Translations under genes and position numbers: made by a program | Notes under the pieces: model-generated | Told to the model about the DNA's origin: nothing | The model's input: the letters and a program-made list of their open reading frames with translations, nothing else | Databases searched by the model: none | Assembly (NCBI GenBank): GCA_963765765.1 | Contig: CAVXYC010000019.1 | Span: forward strand, 320,001-384,000 | Direction: 5' to 3' | Length of the DNA: 64,000 nt | From: an uncultured Chloroflexia bacterium | GTDB taxonomy: Bacteria; Chloroflexota; UBA6077; JACCZL01 | Shown here: piece after piece, positions 1 through 9,744 of the stretch | Layout: every line of letters starts with the position of its first letter | Position numbering within the stretch: the first letter of the stretch is position 1

Positions 1-76
1 GCGGCTCCGGCGGTTTCAGCTAGTGTGCAGTGGAGATCCGGGTTCGGAAAAATTTCGGAGCAACGTGTGATTCGAG

Positions 77-1186
77 ATGAATAGCGGCCGCGCTCTCGGC
101 ATCGGAATGATCGTGCTGGGCGCAGTGCTGGGCGTGCTGGTAGTCGTCTGGCTCGTGGTCAACGCCTCGACTGGTGACCTGCAGGCCGGCGGATTCGTCC
201 TTGGCCTCATTGTGATGGCGGTGCTGGCATTGCCGCCGCTCGGTGCAGGGATTGTGATCATGCGCCGAGCTGCTGTCGAGCAAGCCGAACAGGAGCGGTT
301 CGAACGTCGGCGGCAGGTCTTAGAGGCGGACCAGATGTTCCGTACTACCATCGCAAGAGACCTGCGGCAGGTAGAGCGGCGACTGAGTGAGACGCCCGAA
401 CGTTCAGCGTCAACCGTTCGAGCATCGGCCCGCGTGCGCGACCTCATCGACGATGTCGAGCAGGTGGGCTACGACCAGGCTACCTGGCATGACGCGGTCC
501 AGCTCGAGGACCAGGATCTTGACTCGCTACGTCGCTATGACGATCTGTTGCAACAGGGCTTGCGGCGGCTGGAGTCGCAAGTTGACACGCTATCCGACGG
601 TGTCGATGGCGCAGCGAGCGTGTTGACGTCGCTTCAGCAGTGGGATGAGACCCTGGCTCAGCGCCAGGATCTCTTGCTTCGAGGCAAGCGTGCAGTCACG
701 GCCGCGCCCGGCGAGCTGCTCGAGGCGCGACCCAGGCGGCAAGCTGGAGACGTCACTCGACTCGCTCCCGCCGACGCGATCAGCGTCTCCGGCGAAGATT
801 ATCTCGTGGAGCTCACGGTTACCTACTTCGGTGGCGGGAAGACCTGGTGGCTGCATCGCGTGCGCGGTGGCGCGGATGAACGCTGGCTCTACGTTGGGCC
901 GGAGGGGTTGTCGGTCATATTGGCGCAGTCAATCGAGCCGCCGGGCGATCCGCGCTCAGAGATGATTCGCTACAAGGGTTCGGCGTGCCGACCCACCGAG
1001 GAAAGTGATGCCAGCGCGACCATCAAGGGGCCGGAAGGCGATCACGAAGGTATTGGAGTGCACTACTGGCGGTTCGCCGCTCCGGATGGCTCAGTGCTCT
1101 CCATTGAACATTGGCCGGACAGTAAGCGCGCATACGTAGGGAAGCCGCTCAGGTCAGGCGCGCTAGAGATCTTCCACGCAGCCTGA
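77..1186 (+). CDS. Membrane-anchored protein with coiled-coil region and C-terminal DUF4178-like domain
   Basis: Two N-terminal hydrophobic helices, a helical middle, and a C-terminal beta domain (APADAISVSGEDYLVE...TWWLHRV...ERWLYV...LSIEHW) resembling DUF4178. Confidence 0.6.
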   Translation: MNSGRALGIGMIVLGAVLGVLVVVWLVVNASTGDLQAGGFVLGLIVMAVLALPPLGAGIVIMRRAAVEQAEQERFERRRQVLEADQMFRTTIARDLRQVERRLSETPERSASTVRASARVRDLIDDVEQVGYDQATWHDAVQLEDQDLDSLRRYDDLLQQGLRRLESQVDTLSDGVDGAASVLTSLQQWDETLAQRQDLLLRGKRAVTAAPGELLEARPRRQAGDVTRLAPADAISVSGEDYLVELTVTYFGGGKTWWLHRVRGGADERWLYVGPEGLSVILAQSIEPPGDPRSEMIRYKGSACRPTEESDASATIKGPEGDHEGIGVHYWRFAAPDGSVLSIEHWPDSKRAYVGKPLRSGALEIFHAA

Positions 1187-1191
1187 CCCAC

Positions 1192-1279
1192 GTAGCACAG
1201 GCTTGTCTCTTATGCCTTGGACGCACCGGCTTCCTTCGCGGGAGGGGCGCTCAGGCACAGGGGACAAGCCCCGTGCTAC
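1192..1279. repeat. GTAG-type REP pair (REPIN), degenerate copy
   Basis: gtagcacaggcttgtctcttatgcct ... aggcacaggggacaagccccgtgctac inverted arms between convergent genes; same family as 5122-5218. Confidence 0.85.
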
Positions 1280-1285
1280 CTATGA

Positions 1286-2600
1286 TCAGGCCGTTGCGAC
1301 GGCCATCTCGCCGTGGTGCTGGAGAAGCTCCTCGAAGTCCTCAATCTCGCTAATCATGTCGATCGGCCTGACTCGATACGCATCCCCGTGGTGTGGGGCG
1401 AACGGCTCGATGCCCTGTTGGAGATCCTGGGCCATGCGCAGCAGCATGCGTCGAGCCGTAATGATGGCGATATCCGTGGTGCCCAGGTGCTCTCGCCATC
1501 GCTCCGGAATGAATCCCATGCCATCCGTCATGGCCATATCCTGCTCGCGACCGGAGGCAATGCCGGTGAAGTTTTTGGTCCGCTGCATATCGCGATCGAT
1601 CAGGTAGTCATTGTCGCGGGTTCGTTGCGGACGCCAGCAGTCGATGAGCGTGCGATCGCCGGGCAGCTTGAACACGGCACGACTGAGATTCTGCGGGCTA
1701 GCAGTGAGCCGCTCGCGTTCTTCGTCCGTCAACGGCCGCTCGGGATGCGCTGAATACTGGAAGACCATATTGTGCTCATCATCCACCGGCACCCAGCAGC
1801 GGCCGCCACGCGGTGGCACTGGTCCGGGGATCAGGCTCCAGAACGGTAGGAGGAACTGCGTGCAGCGCCAGTAGTAGTCGCCCTGGCCCGTGTTGCGTCG
1901 GGAGCCGTAGATGAATCCGTAGTCCGTCTCTTTCACCGTCAGGCGCGGCGCTCCATCCAGTACCCGCACCACGGTGCCGTCTGCCGTTGTGCGTTGCGGG
2001 AGGCGCTGAGCCGGCGGAGCGTAATCCTGCTTGAACCAGCGATGATTGAAGCTGATGTGCGCCGAGTCGATCTCGCCTTCGGTGGCCTGCATGTAGTTGG
2101 ATTCCTGGATCCAGCTCCGTACCACCCGATGATCGTCCGGCACTCGCGCCCACTCGAACTGCGGGAGCTCCGGCTGCAGCTCCCTGGGGCCCATGTACAC
2201 CCACACCACCCCGCCGAACTCCTTGGCCGGGTAGCTCTTGATCTTCAAGCGCTCCTTGAAGTCGCTGTCGGCCGGCTCGGTCGGCATGCTGACGGTGTTG
2301 CCCTCGACGTCGAACTTCCAGCCGTGATACGCGCAGGTCAGCCCGCTCTCCTCGTTCCGCCCGAACCACAGGTCGGCCAGACGGTGCGGACAATGGCGAT
2401 CCAGAATGCCGACTTTCCCGTTGGTGTCACGGAAGGCGACGAGCCGCTCGCCGAGGATCTGCAAGCGCCAGGGCTCACTATCCGGGACCGGGCAGGTCGC
2501 TGGCCAGCATGGCCGGCAGCCAGAAGCGGCGGAACAGCTCGCCCATGGGTGTCCCGGGGCCGGTGCGGCACAGCAGCTCGTTGTCTTCTCGACTCAGCAT
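1286..2600 (-). CDS. Rieske non-heme iron oxygenase alpha subunit (phthalate 4,5-dioxygenase/LigX-like), one frameshift near 2480
   Basis: N-terminus MLSREDNELLCRTGPGTPMGELFRRFWLP (ATG at 2600), Rieske CPHR...CAYHGW, mononuclear Fe motif EGEIDSAHISFNH. Confidence 0.9.
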
Positions 2601-2783
2601 GTCAGGTCCTCCATATGCACGGAAGTGTACGTCTCGAGTACTCACCAGTGTAATGCCGGAGCGGATTTTCAGAAAGAGGGCGGGAGATCGATGCAGCTCA
2701 GCTTGGACGTATCATCCAACGCGTTCTATCGTACGGATACGATTTTCCCGAATGTCCGCGGTAGAAACTCCCGAAGGTGGCTC

Positions 2784-3326
2784 ATGACTCATCTCCAACC
2801 TGAAAACGTCGCACGGAACGTCAACCCATACACGCTCCCGCCGGACAAGCATGGCTGGCGTGGTTTGAGCATCCCGGGCCACCACAAGCGCAAGTGGTAC
2901 ACCTTGCTCCACAACGAAACGGTCCTGGTGACAGCGTTGCTGCTTATCCCGGGCGAGGCTAGCATCCGCCATTCCCATGAAACCGGTGAGCTCTCCATCC
3001 ACTACAACGGTGAGATGAAGCCGGGCATCTACTGGCACCCGGCAGGAGAGATTCATTCAGGGTCACCGGCAACGCCAGAAGATGAAGCCACGAGAATGGC
3101 GCGTGAGGAAGAGATGATTCGGCAAGCAGGGGATTCGCCGATGGTGGCGCTCTTGCAACAGCTTCTCACCGACCAGCGAGAGATGCGACAGAAGCTGGAC
3201 GCAATTGCCCAGGGTGCAATTGCTCCACGAATCATCGTGGACGTGCTCTTTCCGCCGTTCAAGACGACGATCCATGATCCCGCGTATCCAGAAGAGGTCA
3301 CCATCACCGGTCAGTGGTACGACTGA
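2784..3326 (+). CDS. Cupin-fold hypothetical protein with helical insertion
   Basis: Cupin-like motifs PGEASIRHSHETGE and WHPAGEIHSG; purine-rich gaaggtgg before ATG 2784. Confidence 0.55.
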   Translation: MTHLQPENVARNVNPYTLPPDKHGWRGLSIPGHHKRKWYTLLHNETVLVTALLLIPGEASIRHSHETGELSIHYNGEMKPGIYWHPAGEIHSGSPATPEDEATRMAREEEMIRQAGDSPMVALLQQLLTDQREMRQKLDAIAQGAIAPRIIVDVLFPPFKTTIHDPAYPEEVTITGQWYD

Positions 3327-3376
3327 CCCGCATAGCGGAGCACGGATTTGCCTGAGATAGACAAGGAGATGGACGC

Positions 3377-5110
3377 ATGAGGAATTTCTGGATCCGAGCA
3401 GTCGGAATGCCAGTCATGATGTTGATGGTGATCAGTGGCTGCGCGGCTCCAGCCGCTTCGCCAACACCGCAGCCCGCCGTTAAGGCCACCGCTCCGAGTG
3501 CGGCTGCGCCCACTGCCGGCGCGAACCAACCCGCGGCTGAAAAATCGGCCGCGGGAAAACCGGCCGCTAAACCGACGACGCAGCGCTTAGTGATGTCTGT
3601 GCTTCCGCTCCGAGACGACACCAATGACGTTCGCAATGTGAATCAGCCGGAAGTCTGGTCCCTGCGACCGATGTACGAGTACCTCATTGGCTTTGACCCG
3701 CATACTGGCAAGCTTATTCCGCAGCTAGCCACGGAGTGGAAGCTGGAGCCTGACGGCGCATCGTATCGATTCATGCTGAGGACGGGAATTCCCTTCCACA
3801 AGGGTTTAGGCGACTTCTCCGCTAAGGACGTCGTCTTTTCCTGGAAGGACCTGACGCAACCGGACTCGACCCATGGCGAGTCTGGCTACTGGCGAAACAC
3901 GGTAAAGGACATCGAAGTTGTTAACGACAACGAGGTCGTCTTCCGTCTGGCTGGTCCCGATGCAGGCTTTCTGCGTGCCCTCTCCGAAGCCGAGGGCGGC
4001 ATGGAGATGCGCAGTAAGGCGCAATTCGACGCCAGGGGCGCCCCGACAATGGACACTGAGCCGTACGCGGGTACGGGCCCTTATCAGTTCAAGGAGCGCG
4101 CTCTCGGTCAGTACATTCGCTATGAGCGTGTTCCCTACACGCACTGGCGTAGCACGCCTGATTTCCCAGAGTTTGAGTTCCGTTTTCAGCGCGAGGCATC
4201 CACGCGTATGGCGGCGCTTCTGGCGGGCGAAGTCCAGGTCACTACCCTCCCGCGTGACCTTCAGGCTGAGGTCGAGAAGCGTGGCGGCTACAAAGTGATT
4301 CAGGGGAAGCTCCCGGGCTTCCGGGCATTTCTGACAATGCATTGTTGTTGGCTCAACGATCCGGCCGATCCGTCCAAAGGCTGGGTTTATCCTGAGAGCC
4401 CGCTGATGGATGTCAAAGTCCGCAAAGCCCTGAACAAAGCGATCAATCGCGATGAATTGAACAAAGCCTTTTTCGATGGCAAGGGCGAACGGATGATCCT
4501 GCAGAACTTCCATCCGACCTGGCCTGGATGGAACCCTGAGTGGGAGACGCGCTACAACGACGAATACGGTTATGACCCGGCAAAGGCCAAGGCGCTACTC
4601 GCCGAAGCGGGTAAACCCAACCTCGCTACAGAGGTCATGATCGTTCCGTTTGGTGGAGTAGCCGCGGCAGAAGACATTGCTGAGGCCATTGCCGGCTATT
4701 GGACAACGATTGGAGTAAACGCAGAGCGCGTTACTCCAGATCCCGGTCAGCTCAGTACGCAGCGTCGACAGTTCAAGTGGTCCAATGCATTTGAGTTCCG
4801 TGCGACGAGTGCTGGGCAACTGCTCGGTTCGGTCGTCTACACCAGCGGTCTACAGGTGCGAGGGAGCGCCACTGAGTCGCCTGACACAGAAGCACTTTTG
4901 CGCCAGATCAAGGTGACCCTGGATGAGACCAAGCAAGAGCAGCTCTGGCGTCAGGTCGGCGATCTGATGTTCGAGCAGCAGCGTGCTATCCCGCTGTTCT
5001 GGCTCCCCGCCGAGGCGGTCGTGAACTCGTCCGTTGTCGCTGACTACGACTTCCCGGGCTCCATCTCAGGCACCTGGACGCACATGGATCAGCTAAAAGC
5101 GGTGCAATAG
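3377..5110 (+). CDS. ABC transporter substrate-binding lipoprotein, family 5 (DppA/OppA-like)
   Basis: Signal peptide with lipobox-like ISGC, Ala/Pro linker, LIPQLATEW, GTGPYQF, DVKVRKALNKAINR, YDPAKAKALLAEAG. Confidence 0.92.
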   Translation: MRNFWIRAVGMPVMMLMVISGCAAPAASPTPQPAVKATAPSAAAPTAGANQPAAEKSAAGKPAAKPTTQRLVMSVLPLRDDTNDVRNVNQPEVWSLRPMYEYLIGFDPHTGKLIPQLATEWKLEPDGASYRFMLRTGIPFHKGLGDFSAKDVVFSWKDLTQPDSTHGESGYWRNTVKDIEVVNDNEVVFRLAGPDAGFLRALSEAEGGMEMRSKAQFDARGAPTMDTEPYAGTGPYQFKERALGQYIRYERVPYTHWRSTPDFPEFEFRFQREASTRMAALLAGEVQVTTLPRDLQAEVEKRGGYKVIQGKLPGFRAFLTMHCCWLNDPADPSKGWVYPESPLMDVKVRKALNKAINRDELNKAFFDGKGERMILQNFHPTWPGWNPEWETRYNDEYGYDPAKAKALLAEAGKPNLATEVMIVPFGGVAAAEDIAEAIAGYWTTIGVNAERVTPDPGQLSTQRRQFKWSNAFEFRATSAGQLLGSVVYTSGLQVRGSATESPDTEALLRQIKVTLDETKQEQLWRQVGDLMFEQQRAIPLFWLPAEAVVNSSVVADYDFPGSISGTWTHMDQLKAVQ

Positions 5111-5121
5111 TCATCAAACCT

Positions 5122-5218
5122 TCGTAGCACGGGGGCTTGTCCCCTGTGCCTTGAACGGTCCAGCCCGCGATCGCAGCTGGGACCATCTAGGCACAGGGGA
5201 CAAGCCCCCGTGCTACGA
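5122..5218. repeat. GTAG-type REP pair (REPIN), perfect 30-bp inverted arms
   Basis: tcgtagcacgggggcttgtcccctgtgcct (5122-5151) and its exact reverse complement (5189-5218); each arm has an internal hairpin. Confidence 0.92.
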
Positions 5219-5336
5219 CAGAATTGCGAACGAATTCGACATAGAAGCTCGGCCTGTGGTCCAATCAGGCGGACATTCCCCTTTGAGCGCGGCCCGATGT
5301 AACGCGGCCCCGGCGGGGAATTCCGGGAGGTGAACT

Positions 5337-5456
5337 ATGACAGTGACCTACCGACACTTCTCCGCGGACTCACACCTGGAGATCGACTCCAAGTGGTGGC
5401 TCCCGCGCGTTCTTGCGGCCGGCCCTTACTTCTGGCGCACCATTCGTTCGGCATAG
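5337..5456 (+). pseudogene. Truncated N-terminal fragment of an amidohydrolase-family gene
   Basis: Strong RBS ggaggtg then MTVTYRHFSADSHLEIDSKWWLPRV..., matching the SADSH metal-binding strand of amidohydrolase_2 proteins; stops after 39 aa. Confidence 0.65.
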
Positions 5457-5484
5457 GGTCGCGCTGGTCAGTGATGACGCCGAC

Positions 5485-5511
5485 TGTCACAAATTTCGAG
5501 CCTGTCTCGTC
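5485..5511 (+). promoter_or_regulatory. ECF41 (SigJ)-dependent promoter
   Basis: TGTCACA-N16-CGTC, the established ECF41 consensus, directly upstream of the epimerase-membrane protein-sigJ operon. Confidence 0.85.
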
Positions 5512-5538
5512 TCAGGTTCAAGATGGGAGGACAGAACG

Positions 5539-6510
5539 ATGAAGGTCATGATCGCGGGATCCACTGGAGTGCTCGGTCGCAGAGCTGTCCAGCAGTTTTC
5601 GGCGCGCGGCGATACCGTCTACGGACTGACTCGAAGCGATGACGGCGCGCAGCGAGTCCGGGCATTGGGCGGCGTTGCAGTGGGTGCTGACCTCTTCGAT
5701 GCCGAGGCTATGGCGCGGGCAGTTGAGCACGTTGATGTGGTGGTCCACGCAGCTACGGCCATCCCGAGCAAGACGCGTACCTCAGCGGCGGATTGGGCGG
5801 CCAATGACCGCATCCGAAGGGAAGGCACGGTCGCTCTTACACGGTACGCCTCGCTGGTTGGAGCTCAGCAGTACATCCAGCAAAGCATCACCTGGGTCGC
5901 AAGGCCCGATGACGGGGCCTTCTATGACGAAAGCTCGCCGAATCATCCGTCGCCTGTCACGCAGTCCGCGCTCGATGGCGAGACTATTGCTCAGAATGCG
6001 GGTGAGATCTACGGTTTCAAAGCATCAATCCTACGCTTCGGCTATTTCTACAGCGCCGACTCAGCGCACACTCGACAAATTAGGGATGGCCTCCTGTCTC
6101 GCCGGATGCCGATCATCGGTCGAGGCGACGCGTTGATCAGCAATATCCACGTGGATGACGCGGCGAGCGCCATTGTTGCGAGCGCGGATTCAGGACTTGG
6201 TGGTCTGTGGCACGTAGTGGATGATCAACCCACTTCCGTCGCGAGTCTCTTCGCCACCCTGGCCCAAAAACTAGGCGCTCCCACGCCGGCGCATATCCCC
6301 GTGTGGCTGGCGCGGCTCCTCGTGGGACGTACGACTGTTGACTTGCTCACCATCTCATCCGAGACGTCCAATTCACTCTTCAAGCGAGACACTAAATGGA
6401 ATCCAACGTACGCCACGATTGATTCCGGTCTGGATCAGCTCGTCGCCGCCTGGCGCAACGAAGGGACTTTGCCTCAGCTTGCGCCGAAGACGCTTCGTCG
6501 AGCTGCCTGA
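5539..6510 (+). CDS. NAD-dependent epimerase/dehydratase family protein
   Basis: MKVMIAGSTGVLG Rossmann motif, VVVHAATAIP, LRFGYFY, IHVDDAASA; RBS gggagg. Confidence 0.9.
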   Translation: MKVMIAGSTGVLGRRAVQQFSARGDTVYGLTRSDDGAQRVRALGGVAVGADLFDAEAMARAVEHVDVVVHAATAIPSKTRTSAADWAANDRIRREGTVALTRYASLVGAQQYIQQSITWVARPDDGAFYDESSPNHPSPVTQSALDGETIAQNAGEIYGFKASILRFGYFYSADSAHTRQIRDGLLSRRMPIIGRGDALISNIHVDDAASAIVASADSGLGGLWHVVDDQPTSVASLFATLAQKLGAPTPAHIPVWLARLLVGRTTVDLLTISSETSNSLFKRDTKWNPTYATIDSGLDQLVAAWRNEGTLPQLAPKTLRRAA

Positions 6511-6515
6511 AAGTA

Positions 6516-6977
6516 ATGGGTATGAAGATGAACCGAGCTCAACAATTGCTGATCGGTGTTGTCATCATTCACGCCGTGGTGACAGGCCTCCATGCTGTGG
6601 CCCATACGCGAATTGACGTTTTAGCGACGGTGGAGCAAAGTGTGTTTATTGGTGCCGTGATCATTCTGGCACCCCTGATCGCGGCCGTGGGTCAGTTGAT
6701 GCGACGCGACGTACTCGCGGCGTCCACATTGTTCCTGTCAATGGTCGGCGCGGAAGTCTTTGGCGTGATCAACCATCTGCTTGTTCCGGGTGCTGACAAC
6801 ATCGCACAGGCGCCATCCGGCCTGTGGGGCAGTATGTTTGTCTGGTCGGCGGCCGCCCTCATGCTCGTGGAAGCCGCCGGTATCGTTGTTGGTGCGCTAG
6901 CGTTCGTGGCCAGCCGCCGAACGACGATGAATCAATCCGTGCACTCCGGCGTAGCCCAATCATCCTCACACGCATGA
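6516..6977 (+). CDS. Four-TM membrane protein, unknown function
   Basis: Four hydrophobic segments with His residues in TM1; operonic spacing. Confidence 0.7.
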   Translation: MGMKMNRAQQLLIGVVIIHAVVTGLHAVAHTRIDVLATVEQSVFIGAVIILAPLIAAVGQLMRRDVLAASTLFLSMVGAEVFGVINHLLVPGADNIAQAPSGLWGSMFVWSAAALMLVEAAGIVVGALAFVASRRTTMNQSVHSGVAQSSSHA

Positions 6978-7863
6978 CCGAATCAGTAGCGGAAAAGGCC
7001 AGCGTCTTCGATGCGTACCGTCCGCTGCTGTTCTCGGTTGCTTATCGAATGCTGGGCTCGGTCATGGATGCGGAGGATATGGTCCAGGAGACATTCTTGC
7101 GCTGGCAGCAGGCCAAGGGCTCAGCTCCCGAGTCCGAGCGTGCGTTCCTCACGACGATCGTGACCCGACTGTGCATCGACCACTTGCGCTCGGCGCGCGT
7201 CCGACGCGAGCAATACGTCGGCATGTGGTTGCCGGAGCCCCTCTTGACAGACGAGGATGCGGACCCGGCGGAGACGTCCGTACTCCAGGAGAGCATTTCA
7301 GTCGCGTTCCTGGTACTGCTGGAGGCGCTTGCCCCGGCTGAGCGGGCCTGCTTCCTGCTTCGCGAAGTCTTCGGGTACGACTATGCCGACATTGCTCGCA
7401 TTGTGGGTGTCACCGAAGAACATACCGGCAAATGGTCTCGCGAGCCCGCAAGCGCCTCGCTGAAGGTCGACCGCGCTTTGCAGCCTCCGCATCCGATCAT
7501 GAGCGCTTGACTGAGGAGTTTCGGAAAGCCTGCGCTGACGGAGACACGCGGGGCTTCCTGGCCATCCTGTCCGAAGATGTCACGATCTATGCGGACGGTG
7601 GAGGTAAAGCGTCGGCGGCGCAAAACCCAGTACACGGTCCGGACCGTGTGTCACGATTCTTTGTTGGGATTCTGCAGAAGGCTCCCCCCGGGCTGGCGAT
7701 TACACCCCGAATGATCAACGGTAGGCCGGGGCTGGTCACGACGCTCGGCACTCAAATCATCAACACGATCAGCTTCGAAATTCTCGACGGCAGGATTGAG
7801 AACATCTACATCGTCGTGAATCCGGACAAGCTTCACGCCATAGGTAAAAGCTTGGACGCATGA
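6974..7863 (+). CDS. sigJ: ECF41/SigJ-family RNA polymerase sigma factor with C-terminal SnoaL-like extension (frameshift near 7420)
   Basis: YRPLLFSVAYRMLGSVMDAEDMVQE, YVGMWLPEP, DGGGK and NPDKL signature motifs. Confidence 0.9.
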
Positions 7864-8148
7864 CGCTCCGCGCTCTCGGACCGCGGCGGTCTTCGCCGCT
7901 TTCCCAGGAGCGGAGCGACACCTTCATGACTTCCTTGCCATTCGGTTCGATCGGAAAGTGTCTTAAGTCAACCGACCCGGATCCCGTAATCCGAGCGATA
8001 TGGCCCAACGCATTTCCTGTTGCGGTGACGTAACACTTTCAGCGTGGATGGAATCCTCGCGCATGTACCGGTCCTGGGAGTGCTACACAGCCTGGCGTTA
8101 AGGTGGACCGAAGCGGCAAATAGCGTCACGGCCTAAGGGTGCCTCTGA

Positions 8149-8685
8149 CTACGATGTCTCGGCTTGCAATCGCGTCAGGATGAGATCAACTGCCGCGTTA
8201 AACGAGTCGACGCGGGCGTCAGCGTCATCGCAGCCACTGTACGGTCGGTCGATGAGGATGGAGAAACAGCCAGCCGCTTGTCCAGCACCGATGTCACGCC
8301 AGCGATCGCCAACAACGAACGAGGCTGACGGGTCAATGTCCCACTTGCTGGCGGCGTCCAGCAGCATCCCCGGGAGTGGTTTGCGGCAGTGGCAGATGCC
8401 ATCGCGTCCATGCGGGCAGACCAGGATGTCGTTCAATGGCACTTGAGCCTGGAGCTGAACGTGCATCTCATCCAGAACCTCCTGGGGCAAAAGTCCTCGG
8501 CCGATCTCCGGCTGGTTGGTGAAGACGATACAGATGAGACCCGCGTCCCGGAGTCGCTGCACTTGCGCGCTGGCATCCGGGTAGATGTCAAACTCGGCCA
8601 TGTTGATGGGCGCGAACGCCTGATTATCGCGAACGATCTCGCGCACGAGCACGCCGTCTCGATCTAGAAACGCTGCGCGGTTCAT
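8149..8685 (-). CDS. gmhB: HAD-IIIA phosphatase, D,D-heptose 1,7-bisphosphate phosphatase-like
   Basis: FLDRDGVL, TNQP, CPH...CHCRKPLPGML, VGDRWRDI. Confidence 0.8.
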   Translation of the reverse strand: MNRAAFLDRDGVLVREIVRDNQAFAPINMAEFDIYPDASAQVQRLRDAGLICIVFTNQPEIGRGLLPQEVLDEMHVQLQAQVPLNDILVCPHGRDGICHCRKPLPGMLLDAASKWDIDPSASFVVGDRWRDIGAGQAAGCFSILIDRPYSGCDDADARVDSFNAAVDLILTRLQAETS

Positions 8686-9040
8686 GATCTGGGAGATTCC
8701 TTCTTGGGGCCGTGATGCGGTCTTAGACCAGGCCGACTGCTTGGATCATCTTTCCGATTCAGACACAAACAGTTCTTCAGTTCCACCCAGCGGAATGCAG
8801 GTGGAGATGTCAAGCGAGGGGAGTAGGCGGAGCTGAAGGAAGCCAATTTAATTCAGGCGAAACGGCAAAGAAGCTGTCGGACTTGCAGGACGCGCCGACT
8901 CCAGGGGTAATGCTCCTGAAGCCAAAGAGTTAGCATCCGATGCCTCCCGTGGTGAGTCATAAGCTCACTAAGAGAAATCCTCAGAGCACGGGGAGGACAA
9001 GACACTCCCTGCTCAAAGTTCAAAGCCGCACAATCCCCTT

Positions 9041-9743
9041 TTACAGATTCCACATATATGACGACCGATAGATCGTTATCCCGTAATCACTCCAGTACCA
9101 TGGGCTCCACATAAGCATTTGATCTAACCCGTAGAGAGCGACTTGATGTAATTCGTTATAGACATCAGGGGTAATAAAGGTGCGGTAAGTCCAAGGGCGC
9201 AAGCTGGATAACTTTGCTGCGTAATTGGCAGAGCGACCAACCCAAACTAGGTCATTCGATCCCCGCACGCCTGTCCGAGCGACCAACAAGTTACTCGTAT
9301 CGATGCCCACCGCATGGTGGACTGTGTAGCTGATGCTCGGATACTGAACCTGTAGCCACGGATTGATGATTTGCAGCACACAGTAGTTGATGATCAGGGC
9401 CGATATCACAGCCCTCGAGTTCCTATGGGGGCCAATGTAGACCGCCATAACGCGATCGCCGTCATACGCGGTTATGACACCGTCGTGCGCCTCAATGGCT
9501 TTGGCAGCGCAGCGGAGGAGGCCTTGTAAATCTCGGCGGCGAATTAGGGGAGTATTGAGTAACAAGATTGGTTGACTCAGCCAGGTCAGCGTAGAGCACA
9601 GTGCCCTCTAGGAGTACAGCCTGGTTACCGAGGAGTTGGACGTTTTCGGTATTGGGGACCTTCAGGCCATTGCGTTTGTCCCAGTTAGTTTGGAAAATCG
9701 CACGTACTTCGGCATTCAGTTCATCAGCGATGTCATTGCACAT
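9041..9743 (-). CDS. pycC: Pycsar pyrimidine (uridylate) cyclase PycC-like class III cyclase; two single-base indels near 9520-9545
   Basis: Reconstructed MCNDIADELNAEVRAIFQTNW...TVLYADLAEST...FAAEIYKA.LRCAAKAI...ITAYDGDRVMAV...HAVGIDTS...RGSNDLVWVGRSANYAAKL; closely follows the Pycsar TIR effector. Confidence 0.88.
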
Positions 9744-9744
9744 C

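Noticed and set aside
7864-8148. Small ORF or gene remnant between sigJ and gmhB
   Set aside because: Only a hairpin after sigJ and a short minus-strand frame with no recognisable similarity
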